Positions 8,966 to 19,400 of a stretch of 64,000 nt of DNA are shown piece after piece. Every line of letters begins with the position of its first letter. Positions within the stretch are counted from its first letter, which is position 1. Position numbers and translations under genes: made by a program. The notes under the pieces are model-generated. The model did not search any database, was not told the origin of the DNA, and saw only the letters and a program-made list of their open reading frames with translations. The stretch spans positions 288,001 to 352,000 of the forward strand of contig JBPOGI010000001.1 in NCBI GenBank assembly GCA_051251855.1, in the 5' to 3' direction. Origin of the DNA: Roseibacillus sp. (GTDB lineage Bacteria; Verrucomicrobiota; Verrucomicrobiia; Verrucomicrobiales; Akkermansiaceae).

Positions 8966-9667
8966 ATGAGGATATTTGCGCTCTTCTATTTTTTCAGTGG
9001 CTTGGTTGTTTTCGGGCAGGTGGTCGAGTTGGACCGCAAGAATCAGGAGATGGAAGGTTGGACGGTGCGGGTGGATGAGCGGTTGTTGGCCGGAGGGGAG
9101 TTTCATGAAGACTTTGGGGAACAAGCGCTAGCGGTATTGGGGGCGAGCTTGGTGAGGATTGCGGTCTTGGTGCCAGAGCCTCAGTTGTCGGAGTTGCGCA
9201 AGGTGAGCATCGTGATGGATGAGCACCCTAAATTGAAGGCGGCACAGTATCACCCCTCGGAGCAGTGGCTTGAGGAAAATGGCTATGAGTCTTCCTTGGC
9301 TAAGTGTGTGCACATTTCGCAGGCTTCCTTTTTTGCCAATCCCAAGTTGGTTTTTCAGCAGCCGTCAGTGGTTTTACACGAATTGGCTCATGCCTACCAC
9401 GATCAGGTTTTGTCTTGGGAGTATGCGCCTGTGATGGAGGCGTTTCAGGCTGCGGTGGCAGAGGGGCAATATGAGACTGTTCTTCATATCAGTGGTCGAG
9501 AGGCGCCGCACTATGCTTTGAGCAATCATAAGGAATATTTTGCGGAGGCGACGGAAGCGTGGTTCGGGTGCAACGACTTCTATCCGTTTGTTCGTCCTGA
9601 GCTGAAGAAGCATGATGGGAAGCTCTATGAAGTGATCAAGTCTATCTGGGGGGCGCCAAAGGAATGA
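8966..9667 (+). CDS. Secreted zinc metallopeptidase-like protein (HEXXH)
   Basis: Signal peptide from ATG 8966; motifs VVLHELAHAYH and YALSNHKEYFAEATEAWF (anthrax-LF/MtfA-like zincin pattern). Confidence 0.75.
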   Translation: MRIFALFYFFSGLVVFGQVVELDRKNQEMEGWTVRVDERLLAGGEFHEDFGEQALAVLGASLVRIAVLVPEPQLSELRKVSIVMDEHPKLKAAQYHPSEQWLEENGYESSLAKCVHISQASFFANPKLVFQQPSVVLHELAHAYHDQVLSWEYAPVMEAFQAAVAEGQYETVLHISGREAPHYALSNHKEYFAEATEAWFGCNDFYPFVRPELKKHDGKLYEVIKSIWGAPKE

Positions 9668-10695
9668 GTAGGGGGAAGTCCTGTTTGGTTCTAGTGGGGC
9701 CGGTTCTCTTAGCGGTGGTTTTGTGCGCTCAAGTTATTACCCCAGTGTCTTGGCGGGAGGTTGCGGTAGAGGGGAAGGCGCACAAGCGACATGAGCATGC
9801 CTTTGTGGCGGTGGGGGAGCGATTCTATGCCTTAGGAGGAAGGAGGATACAGCCGGTGGATATTTTCGATACGGTGACTGAGTCTTGGGCTCAAGGTTCT
9901 CCGCCTCCGATTGAGTTGCATCACTTTCAAGCTCTGGAAAGAGAGGGGCGAGTGGTCATTGCTGGCGCCTTTACCGGACGTTTTCCGGGGGAGGTGCCGG
10001 TGTCAAATATTTACTACTATGACCCTAGTAGTGACCTTTGGAGCAAGGGGCCGAAAATTCCGGCCGATCGCCGTCGTGGTTCGGCGGGGGCTTTTATGCG
10101 TGAGGGGAAACTTTATTTGGTTAGTGGATTAACGGATGGGCACCGATCAGGTTGGGTGCCTTGGTTCGATGAGTATAACTTTACAAGTGATACGTGGCGG
10201 AGGTTGCCAGATGCGCCTCGAGCACGGGACCACTTTCAGGCGGTTATGGTGGGGGATCAGTTGGTGTTAGCGGGTGGACGTCGTTCGGGAGAGGGAGGAA
10301 GTGTATTTAAGCCAGTGATTCGCGAGGTGGATGTCTTTGACTTTTCCACGGGTGCTTGGCGCACTTTGGCTTCGCCAGCAGGAGATATCCCCACACCACG
10401 AGCGGGGACCTCAGCTCTTCTTGTGAGCGGGAAGGTGGTGGTGATTGGGGGTGAAAGTGGTCGCCGGGAGGCTCACGTTGAAGTGGAAGCGTTAGACCTC
10501 GAAAGCGAGACTTGGGCGAGTTGGGTGGACTTGGCACAAGGCAGGCATGCTACGCAGCCGGTCTTGCGTGACGGGAGAGTCTACCTGCAAGCTGGCTCCG
10601 TGACTCGAGGAGGAACGGAGACCAGCTCGCTGGTGACTTGTCCAGTCTTACTGTGGGATCCGTTTAAAGTGAGTTCTGGCGAGCTCCCTCGTTGA
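9664..10695 (+). CDS. Secreted Kelch-repeat beta-propeller protein
   Basis: Six GG-containing Kelch-like units (YALGGR, VIAGAF, YLVSGL, VLAGGR, VVIGGE, YLQAGS), most with a downstream W. ATGA overlap with the upstream gene. Confidence 0.85.
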   Translation: MSRGKSCLVLVGPVLLAVVLCAQVITPVSWREVAVEGKAHKRHEHAFVAVGERFYALGGRRIQPVDIFDTVTESWAQGSPPPIELHHFQALEREGRVVIAGAFTGRFPGEVPVSNIYYYDPSSDLWSKGPKIPADRRRGSAGAFMREGKLYLVSGLTDGHRSGWVPWFDEYNFTSDTWRRLPDAPRARDHFQAVMVGDQLVLAGGRRSGEGGSVFKPVIREVDVFDFSTGAWRTLASPAGDIPTPRAGTSALLVSGKVVVIGGESGRREAHVEVEALDLESETWASWVDLAQGRHATQPVLRDGRVYLQAGSVTRGGTETSSLVTCPVLLWDPFKVSSGELPR

Positions 10696-11407
10696 GGGCT
10701 GTGCGCTGGGCTTTCTCACTTAAGAAGGTTGCGTCGTCGCTCTTTTCACCTTCTGGTTTGGTTTCGAATTTTTCGGGGTCTACTCCAAGTGCACGGGTTG
10801 CATCGTCGATAGCTGTGCCATGAGCGCCCACTTCCGCGAGAGCTTCTTGATAGGTATCGGTGATAGTGGCCATGCTTTTAACTTCGCTAGGCACCTCGCG
10901 GAAATTATCGAGGAGCTCAGCGAATGCGGCCTGGTTTTGAGCTGAGGACTGATACCAAGCGGTGAATCCAAGGCAAGGAAGAGCAAGCAAGGTGAGAAGA
11001 GTGAGGTTAACGGCTAGGCTGAGTTTGAACTTCTTCTTTTTACGTTCGGCAAAGACTTCGCGCATTTCCTCGTCGCTTGGCCCTTGTTCTTCGAGTGGGA
11101 AAGGGTTGGTTTGTTGAGAGCCAGTAGGTGAAAAGGCTGCGTGCGCGGGAGGCATGCCATGAGCGGGTGAGGCTGCCGATTGAGCCTGCGGCTGAGCCAC
11201 GGGTATCTGATGAGTGGTTTGTGGCGTGGGCTCGACCGAATAGGTGGTGGCTGCGCTGGCCGCAGGGGCTGAGTAATGCGCAGGAACCGCCGGAGTGGCT
11301 GGGTGACCAGCGGTCTGAGGTTGAGGTGTTGGCTCAGGAGTGAAATTTTCCGCTGCGTGAGCTATGGCTGCGAGAATGTCTTGGTGGTCGTTGTTGTTGT
11401 TCGTCAT
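10664..11407 (-). CDS. Hypothetical single-pass membrane protein with Pro/Ala/Gln-rich N-terminus
   Basis: Low-complexity N-terminus, RKKKK followed by a hydrophobic helix, helical C-terminus. Overlaps the Kelch gene end by 32 nt (convergent). Confidence 0.65.
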   Translation of the reverse strand: MTNNNNDHQDILAAIAHAAENFTPEPTPQPQTAGHPATPAVPAHYSAPAASAATTYSVEPTPQTTHQIPVAQPQAQSAASPAHGMPPAHAAFSPTGSQQTNPFPLEEQGPSDEEMREVFAERKKKKFKLSLAVNLTLLTLLALPCLGFTAWYQSSAQNQAAFAELLDNFREVPSEVKSMATITDTYQEALAEVGAHGTAIDDATRALGVDPEKFETKPEGEKSDDATFLSEKAQRTALNEGARQNSL

Positions 11408-11555
11408 TTCAAGGCACGGTTAATTAGCGCTTCTTTTATGACGTAAATATTTAAATATGTCGAAATATAATAGTGACTTTATTATTAATAAATGATTATC
11501 AGTGAAATTTATAAACCAGTCCGATTGTTTTCTGGTCTGATTAACGCCCTAATTT

Positions 11556-12971
11556 TTAGTGGCTTGCTTCTATGCTTTGACCGATTTGGAGAACGAGCTC
11601 GTCTCGTAAGTGAGGGGCCATGATTTGCACTCCAACGGGAAGTGGGGTGTCTTCTTTGGACTGAATTGTTCCACAAGGGACCGAGATGGCGGGTAATCCA
11701 GCCAAGTTTGCGGAGATGGTGTAGACGTCGGCGAGGTAGTCTTGCAGGGGGTCGTTGTCGGCGGTGTGAAGCTTGCGCGGGGGGGTGGGTGAGGTGGGGG
11801 TAAGGATGGCGTCGACTTTTTGGAAGGCTTCGGTGAACTCGCGTTGAATAAGGGTGCGGACCTTTTGGGCGCGGGTGTAATAGGCGTCGTAGTATCCGGA
11901 AGAGAGGACGTAGGTGCCTAAGAGGATACGGCGTTTGACCTCGGGGCCAAATCCTTCTTCGCGGGACTTGCGGTAGGTGTCGATGATGTCAGTGGCGTTA
12001 CTACTACGCTTACCGTAGCGAATGCCATCGAAGCGGGACAGGTTGGAAGATGCTTCGGCAGGAGCGAGGATGTAGTAGGTGGCGACGGCGGCGTCAGTGG
12101 AAGGGAGGTCGATTTCGAAGAGTTCAGCGCCTTGTTCTTCCAGTTTCGCGGCGGCAGCGCGAACGAGGGCCTCGATGGCTGGGTCGAGTCCTTCGGCAAA
12201 GTATTGCTTGGGGAGGCCGATGCGGAGGCCTTTGACGCCATCATTGAGAGTGGCGGAGAAGTCGGGGACGGGTTCGTCAAGGGAGGTGGAGTCGAGAGGG
12301 TCGTGACCGGCGATGACCTGTAGGAGAGTAGCGGCGTCTTCGACCGTGTGGGTGAGGGGGCCGATTTGGTCGAGAGAAGAGGCAAAGGCAACGAGTCCGT
12401 AGCGAGAGACGCGGCCGTAAGAAGGTTTCATGCCGACGATGCCGCAATGGGCGGCGGGTTGGCGGATAGATCCGCCGGTGTCGGAGCCAAGAGAGGCGAA
12501 GGCCATCTCGGAGGCGACGACGGCTGCAGAACCGCCAGATGAGCCACCGGGGATCCGAGTGTGGTCGTGAGGGTTGACGGTGGTTGCGAGAGCGGAGTTT
12601 TCGGTAGCGGATCCCATCGCGAATTCGTCCATGTTGGCACGACCTAACAGAATGGCACCAGCTTCGCGTAGTTTGCGAGTGACGGTAGCGTCGTAGGGTG
12701 CGGTGTATCCGCTTTCGAGAATTTTGGAGCCGCAAGTGCAGGGTTGGCCAAGGGCGTTGATGTTGTCCTTAAGAACAATGGGGATGCCGCCGAGGGGTTT
12801 GGTGAGGTCGGCTTGTTCGGCATCGGCGCGTGCTTGCTCGGCGTTGAAGGAGATGAGGGCCCCTATGGTGGGGTTCTTTTCCTCAAATCTGGAGAGAAGG
12901 TCGTCGACGAGGGCGAGGGAAGTAGTTTCGCCAGCTTGGAGAGCCGCGCGGGCTTGAGAGAGTGTGGTCAT
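11556..12971 (-). CDS. gatA: Asp/Glu-tRNA amidotransferase subunit A
   Basis: Amidase signature GGSSGGSAA and GSDTGGSIRQPA, plus SSNLSRFDGIRYG and GFGPEVKRRILLGTYVLSSGYYDAYY. Confidence 0.97.
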   Translation of the reverse strand: MTTLSQARAALQAGETTSLALVDDLLSRFEEKNPTIGALISFNAEQARADAEQADLTKPLGGIPIVLKDNINALGQPCTCGSKILESGYTAPYDATVTRKLREAGAILLGRANMDEFAMGSATENSALATTVNPHDHTRIPGGSSGGSAAVVASEMAFASLGSDTGGSIRQPAAHCGIVGMKPSYGRVSRYGLVAFASSLDQIGPLTHTVEDAATLLQVIAGHDPLDSTSLDEPVPDFSATLNDGVKGLRIGLPKQYFAEGLDPAIEALVRAAAAKLEEQGAELFEIDLPSTDAAVATYYILAPAEASSNLSRFDGIRYGKRSSNATDIIDTYRKSREEGFGPEVKRRILLGTYVLSSGYYDAYYTRAQKVRTLIQREFTEAFQKVDAILTPTSPTPPRKLHTADNDPLQDYLADVYTISANLAGLPAISVPCGTIQSKEDTPLPVGVQIMAPHLRDELVLQIGQSIEASH

Positions 12972-12991
12972 GGAAATTTGGGAAAAAGTTT

Positions 12992-13285
12992 CTAAGAGGC
13001 GTCGACGACTTTGGGGACGCGGATTTGGCCTTGTGCAGATTCGGGCGCGTTTTGCAGGACCGCTTCGGGCGAGAGTCCTGAGCGCGCGATGTCGGGGCGT
13101 AAAACGTCAAAGACGGGCGTGGGATGTGCGGTAGGCTCGATGCCGTCTACATCCAGAGCGGCGAGAGTATCAATGTGTTTGAGAATGGGCGTGAGCTGGC
13201 CTTCGAAGGTGGTCAGCTCTTCCTCGGTCAAGTCGAGGCGGGCGAGTTCGGCAATGCGTTTGAGGGCAATATTATCGTCGGGCAC
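12992..13285 (-). CDS. gatC: Asp/Glu-tRNA amidotransferase subunit C
   Basis: IAELARLDL...LDVDGIEPTAHP...LRPD...LQNAPE...VPKVV; lies directly upstream of gatA; GTG start. Confidence 0.95.
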   Translation of the reverse strand: MPDDNIALKRIAELARLDLTEEELTTFEGQLTPILKHIDTLAALDVDGIEPTAHPTPVFDVLRPDIARSGLSPEAVLQNAPESAQGQIRVPKVVDAS

Positions 13286-13468
13286 GCGGCTTTCTAGCGG
13301 GTGCTTACGGGAAGTGAAAACCCTTTTTGATGAGGATGTCTCATCTGCGGACGTTCCCTTGACTCGAGGGATGCCGTATTAACTCGACTTTTTACGCTCT
13401 AACAAGAAACTGAAAAAACAGATGAACAGTGTTTTTGAGCTGTTTTTCGTTCGATAACACTAATTGTT

Positions 13469-16400
13469 ATGAAGTTTTCTCGATTCCGACCTCTTCTTTT
13501 TTCGTTCTTTGCTTCCATGGGACTACTCCCAGCGACTGACTATATATTCATCACGAATCAAGGTTATGTGGGTGTGCAAAGTGGACAGTTTATTCAACCT
13601 GTTTCAACCGTGGAGGGACTTGCTCCTACATTTTCGGTGGGCTCGGATGGGGCGCGAGAATACAGTTTTGATGGTGACCTGATTTTCGAAAGCAATGACT
13701 CCATTGTCTTTCGGACTTTGGGTTCAAGTGGAATTGATCGGCCGGTGCGAATCATCGCGACGGGAAATATTGTGATTCCTGACGGCATGGTGGTGGATGC
13801 CTCTGCATTTGGGCTCGCCGGGATTGCTGGCGGGGGGGATGGGGGAAGAGGCTCGGGGACTGGTGGTGCTGGTGGAGATGGAGGCAATGCGCTTTCGGGC
13901 GCCTCTGGTGGAGATGGCGGACTTGCCGATTCGCCTCGCACAGGGAAAAGCGGAAAGGTAAGAACGGAGAAGAAGTTGAACAATAGCACGAGAGGAGGTG
14001 ACGGGGAGGGAGGTCTCTTCAACAGCGGAGGAGTGGGATTCAACAACGCTGCGGAAAGCGATACTTCTCAAACCAGTTTTTCCCTAGGAGGAAGCGGAGG
14101 TCGACAGCGAGTGACCTCCAGCGGCGGAACCGGAGGAGCCCCCGGGCGTGGAACCTCGGATGATGGGGGGGATGGGGGAAAAGGAAGAGACGGGATTGAC
14201 GGGGTCACTGGTGGGAACCGTTTTCGGGATAGTGATGGGCGCGCAGGTCGAAATGGGACGAGAGGGACTCAGCGTTCGTCAGGAACATCTCTTGCCGGCG
14301 GCAATGGTGGTAATTCCGGCAGTGGAGGAGCAGGCGGAGGCGGCGGCTCTGGAGGCGGCGGCGGTGCAGGAGGCGGCGGAGGGGGAGCTGGAGATAGTGG
14401 TTTTCTTGGTGTTGCATCTGGTGGCAATGGTGGCGTCGGAGGACCGGGTGGCGATGGTGCTGATGGAGTAGCGGGAAAAGAGGGGCGAGATGGAGGTTCC
14501 GGCGGTGGCGGCGGAGGTGCCTTCGAGATTGTAGCGCGAGGCTCGCTCACACTCGGCGGAGACCTCCTCGCGCGAGGTGGCCAGGGAGGGACGGCAAATA
14601 CTTCCGTGAATATCAACACGGGGACTGCCTCTCCACCCGAGCCTGGGGATACAGGCGAGGCCGGTCAAGTCGTCAGCGGCGGTGGCAATGGAGGACATGG
14701 TGGCCCAGGAGGTTCTGGTGGAAAAGGTGGCCCCGGAGCAGACGGTGGCGGTGGCGGTCATGGAGCAGGAGGAGCGGGTGGCACGATTAAGTTGTCGTCA
14801 AACTCATTGAACGTCCAAAGAACCGCAAATATCGATCTCGCAGGTGGAGTGGGTGGTGGAAATACCACCAGCAAAGCGCCCAACGGAGGTGCGGGCAGAT
14901 TGGTCATCAGCTCGCTGTCGACATCCGTGACTAATCTGGCTCAGGTGGTGAATACGAGCACCGTTGTCATCGATAGAACGGGCGAAAAGGCTGCGAACGC
15001 TTTTGATGTTTCGGGGCTGGGCGAGGTTCCGGTGGTTGCTAATTTCGAGGGGGGTGCGGCCACGTCTGGAATTTTGGAAGACTACAGCGCAACTGAGTTT
15101 CTAGCGAATAACACCTATTTGACTGTGCCGAGTGACGCTGACGTCCTCATCAGTCGCAGGTCTGTTGATAGCCCTCAGCTTGTTCGTTACCCCGGCTATG
15201 ATTGGATATTAATACTGAACCTGACGAATGCGCCCTTGGTGGATGTGAATTTCGTGGTGGGGCGCACTTCGAATCCTTTGGATATTCCGATAATTGGGGT
15301 GGATGAAATTTACGCAATGTTGGTCCCTGCTGGCACCACGCAATATGCGGCTAGTTACATTCCGAATGGCGGAAGTAATCTCACGGAAGCGTTCTCAGAT
15401 TCTTATCAAGTGACGGATACGGTGGCGCTGGCGCCGCTTCCGCCTGATGTCTTCGTGGTGGATACTTTGGCTGACGAATTGGATTCTCCAGCGGGGGTGA
15501 CTCTTTCTCTGCGTGAGGCCATCCGTGATGCCGATGTTGGCGATGTCATCAAGTTTAGCTCTTCAGTCTTTGATGATCAGGATGATGCTATTGCTCTCAC
15601 GTCGGAGTTGGAGATAGCGAAGGATCTGACGATTGATGCGAGTGCGCTTCGGTATGGAGTTACTTTGGATGGTGGCGGGGTCACTCGCATTTTGAAGGTC
15701 ACTCCGAACGGAAATGTTGAGCTGGAGTCGATCCACTTCATGGACGGGTTTTTCGCCACGGGTAGTGATGGCGGTGGAGCGATCGATAATCTTGGAACAG
15801 TGGTGACAAGGCGTTGTTCGTTTTCCCAGAACTCCTCAAACTTTGGGGGAGCAATTGATAACGACGGCACGTTCACTGGCATCAACTGCACGTTTACTGA
15901 CAATAGTGCATCTACGTCGGGGAGTGTCATCTTTAACAATGGAGGAGGTTTTCTCACTTTGACCTATTGTTCGCTCAGTGGGAATTTGATGTCCAATACT
16001 AGTGCAGCTTTGATTGCGAGTGGTAACGAGACGATCTCGAATACGATCATTGCCTTCAATACCAATGGCTCTGGAAGCACAGAAGCGAATGTCAGCGGAG
16101 TCATTGATACTTTGTTGGGGACGAATATCTTAACTGGAGACCCGATGTTGGAGCTTTCCATTCCTGGCAGTGCGCAGACTCCGGCCTTGTTGCCTTTGTC
16201 TGGTTCGCCTGCGATCGATATGGCAACTGGTTCCACTGAGTTGCTGGACCAACGTGGGGTCTCGCGTCCGACGGCGGGCCTTGATATCGGTGCTGTCGAA
16301 GCATTGAAGGATCCGGTGGTGAACCGTTTGGAAGACACCGACAATTTGCCAAGTTCACTGCTCTCGTTGAGAGAGGCGCTACGCTTTGCTGCCGATGGCT

Positions 16401-19400
16401 CGACGATTACCTTTGATGCTGCGCTCTCTGGTGGGAGCATTCTCATGGAGGCTGGCCAAATGGAAATCAAAGGCGAATACACTCTTGATGCTTCGGGATT
16501 GCCCAAAGGCTTGGTCTTGGATGGCCAAGACAGAGCGTCGCTTTTCAAGGTGTTTGGCGCAGGCTCGCTGACGCTGGATTCTTTGACGATGACTGGTGGG
16601 GTGGATTCTGCATTGGAGAACGAGGGCTCGCTGACGATTCAAGGCTGCACTCTCCACGACAATGCCGGGGAGTCGGGGGGCGCGGTAAGGAATACGGGCA
16701 CTCTTGAGATCACGAATTCTACTTTGGCGAATAATTCAGCGGGAGCAGGTGGTGCGATTCACACGAGCGGGTCTGCGGCTTCTCACTCGCTGACGATGGA
16801 GAGTGTCACGGTGACGGGAAACACGGCGACTGATGCTTCTGGTTTTGGCGGAGGTGGACTTGTTCGAACGGGTGGTGATTTTGATATTGGGAACACGATT
16901 GTTGCGGGAAACACGAGCGCGACTGGCTCTGCCCACGATATCCAGAACCTGAATGGCGGGGTCATCAACGAGACATGGCCGAACATCTTGGATATTCGCG
17001 ATCCTATGCTGGGAGAACTGGCGGATCATGGTGGTCCGACGCCTACGGTGATTCCTCAGCTGACGATGTTACCTGCGAGGCAACCTGTTTTCTCTCCCGC
17101 AGTGAATTGGGGGTTGGGTGGTCCGGTGACGGACCAACGTGGGATAGCTCGCTTTGGCCGCCGTGATATTGGTGCGACTGAATTGCGCTATCGAGAGGTC
17201 ACTACGCCTAGTGACGAAAACGGTGAAGGCCCCACTCAGCTCTCGCTCCGTGAGGCTTTGACTCATTCTGATGGCTCGGATGTGATCTACTTTGATAGCA
17301 ACTTCACCCCTCTGCCGGTGTCGTTGGTGCATGGTCCGCTTGAGATTGCTCAACCCATCGAGATCTATACCCAAGAACCAGTCTATATTAACGGAAACGG
17401 CGGTCGTATCTTTGAGGTGACTCCTGAGGGACGCTTGAATCTAACGGGGCTCAACCTCATCGGCAGCGGTCCTAGTTTGCATGGAATTGGCATTAACTTT
17501 GGAGTGGAAGGGAACGCGGATGAACTCGCTCTTAGCGAGATGGCGGGAGTGCTTCCCACTTCGAACTGGAATCATGTCAATGTGGGACTGGCTGGCACAA
17601 GGGCGATCACAATTCCACCGACTGAGCTCCGCGATGAACGAGGGATGCTCAATGGTGCCACTATCGAGCTTTCTGCTACCTTGAGCTATGTGGACAGTTC
17701 GGGTGCTGGCACGAGCACGTCGAATCGCAAGCTGATGGATGGTTACCTCTCTTGGGATCCCATTGATGGGACGGCCCCTGAAGACACAGGTTTTATCAAT
17801 ATCGCAGGTCTTCCTACCCAGGTGGTAGCGCCCACTTACGACGTTATTGTTTACTTCGATTCCAACGTGAATGACCGGACTTTTGAGATCACTTTGGAAG
17901 ATGAGCTTGGAAGCGTGACTCTCTCTGGGAGCGATAGCACGACCTTTGACGGGACGTTCAAGAATGCTGCCGCTAATTCACTTGATGCCAACTTTGTCGT
18001 CTTTGAGGGGCAAACTCGGAGCGACTTCACTATTACGCTGAACTCCGACATTGGGCGTGCCGCGATTAACGGGATTCAGATTCTTCCGCAGGATAGAGTT
18101 TCGGTAGCGACTACTCTACAGGGAGGTGCTCTCTATAATGAGGGCGTGACCTCTCTCACCAGATGCAGTCTCTACGACAACGTGGCCGAAATAGGGGCTG
18201 GGATTTATAATCTGGGTCACCTCTCGCTCGACCAAGTGACTATCAGTGAGAACTACACAACGGGTTTGGATAGCGCGGCTGCCATTGCCAACTTTGGGAT
18301 GTTAAAAATGATTCACACGACGGTCTCGGGTAATACGAGTCTTGGAAGTCATGGCGGCGTTTTCAACTATTCAGATTCCTCGCAAGCGGAGGTGAGAAAC
18401 TCGATTGTAGCGGGCAACTCTGGGACCAACTATGGCGAGGTGTCTTTGGCGACTTCTACGATTTTGGAGAGTGTTGTCGATCAGGCTACCGTTGGCGAAA
18501 TTGATGCGATGTTACTTCCGCTTGGCAGCTATACCGGCGGCACCCTTACGATGCCACCTGTGCCGGGTTCGCCTGCTCTGAATTTGAGTGAAATTGTCTT
18601 CGAGGGAAGAGATCAGCGAGGCTTGCCTCGGACTTCTGGAGTCGGTTCGGACGCTGGTGCTGTTGAGTTTCAGACTTTTGTAGTCAACACCGCTGAGGAT
18701 ATTCGATCAGCGGATGTTTCCGTCTATGACTTTGATAATCTGAGTTTGCGTGATGCTATCTTTGGGGTTCGTGATGTTTCTCCCGCTGAAGGCGTGGTGA
18801 CTTTCGACCCAAATGTGTTCAACGGGGAGCCAGAAGATGTCATCACTTGGTCCGGCACAAATCAGATCACGATTTTCTTCGTAGGCGATATTCGGATCGA
18901 TGCTTCCGCGATTGCAGAAGGGGTGACATTGAGTGGGTTGAGGTTCAATGCTGATTTCGGGAAGAAGGTCGAACTCGAAAATCTGACGATCTCGGACACC
19001 ACGACCGGACTACGGATTCAGAATTCTGGAGTGGCACCAGCTGACGTTACCTTAGTCAACTGCACCTTCAAGAACTGCACCAGCACGGCCATTACCCATG
19101 GCAAAGGAGTGATCCGTTTAGAAGGGTGCACCTTATCGGATAATACGGCAGTCGATGGTAGTGGAGGAATTGAGGTTGATGGGCCGCTGGCTCAACTTTT
19201 CCTAACAAACTGCACCTTGGCTGGCAATCAATCCACGGGAGCAAGTGCGACTGGCGGCGCGATTGATTTGAAAGACGGTCTCGTGATTCTCAATCATGTC
19301 ACCGTGGTGGGGAATAGTTCCACTGGAGCTGGTGGCGGAATTTCTAAAAACGGAGGGCAGCTCTTTGCTGCTAATTCGATTATCGCTCAGAACTCAGCCG

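Noticed and set aside
11556..13285. gatB missing next to gatCA
   Set aside because: Split gat loci are common, and absence from a window says nothing about the genome.
13810..14900. GGC/GGA-rich tract as a DNA repeat array or CRISPR
   Set aside because: Explained by Gly codons; no constant repeat-spacer period here or elsewhere in the window.
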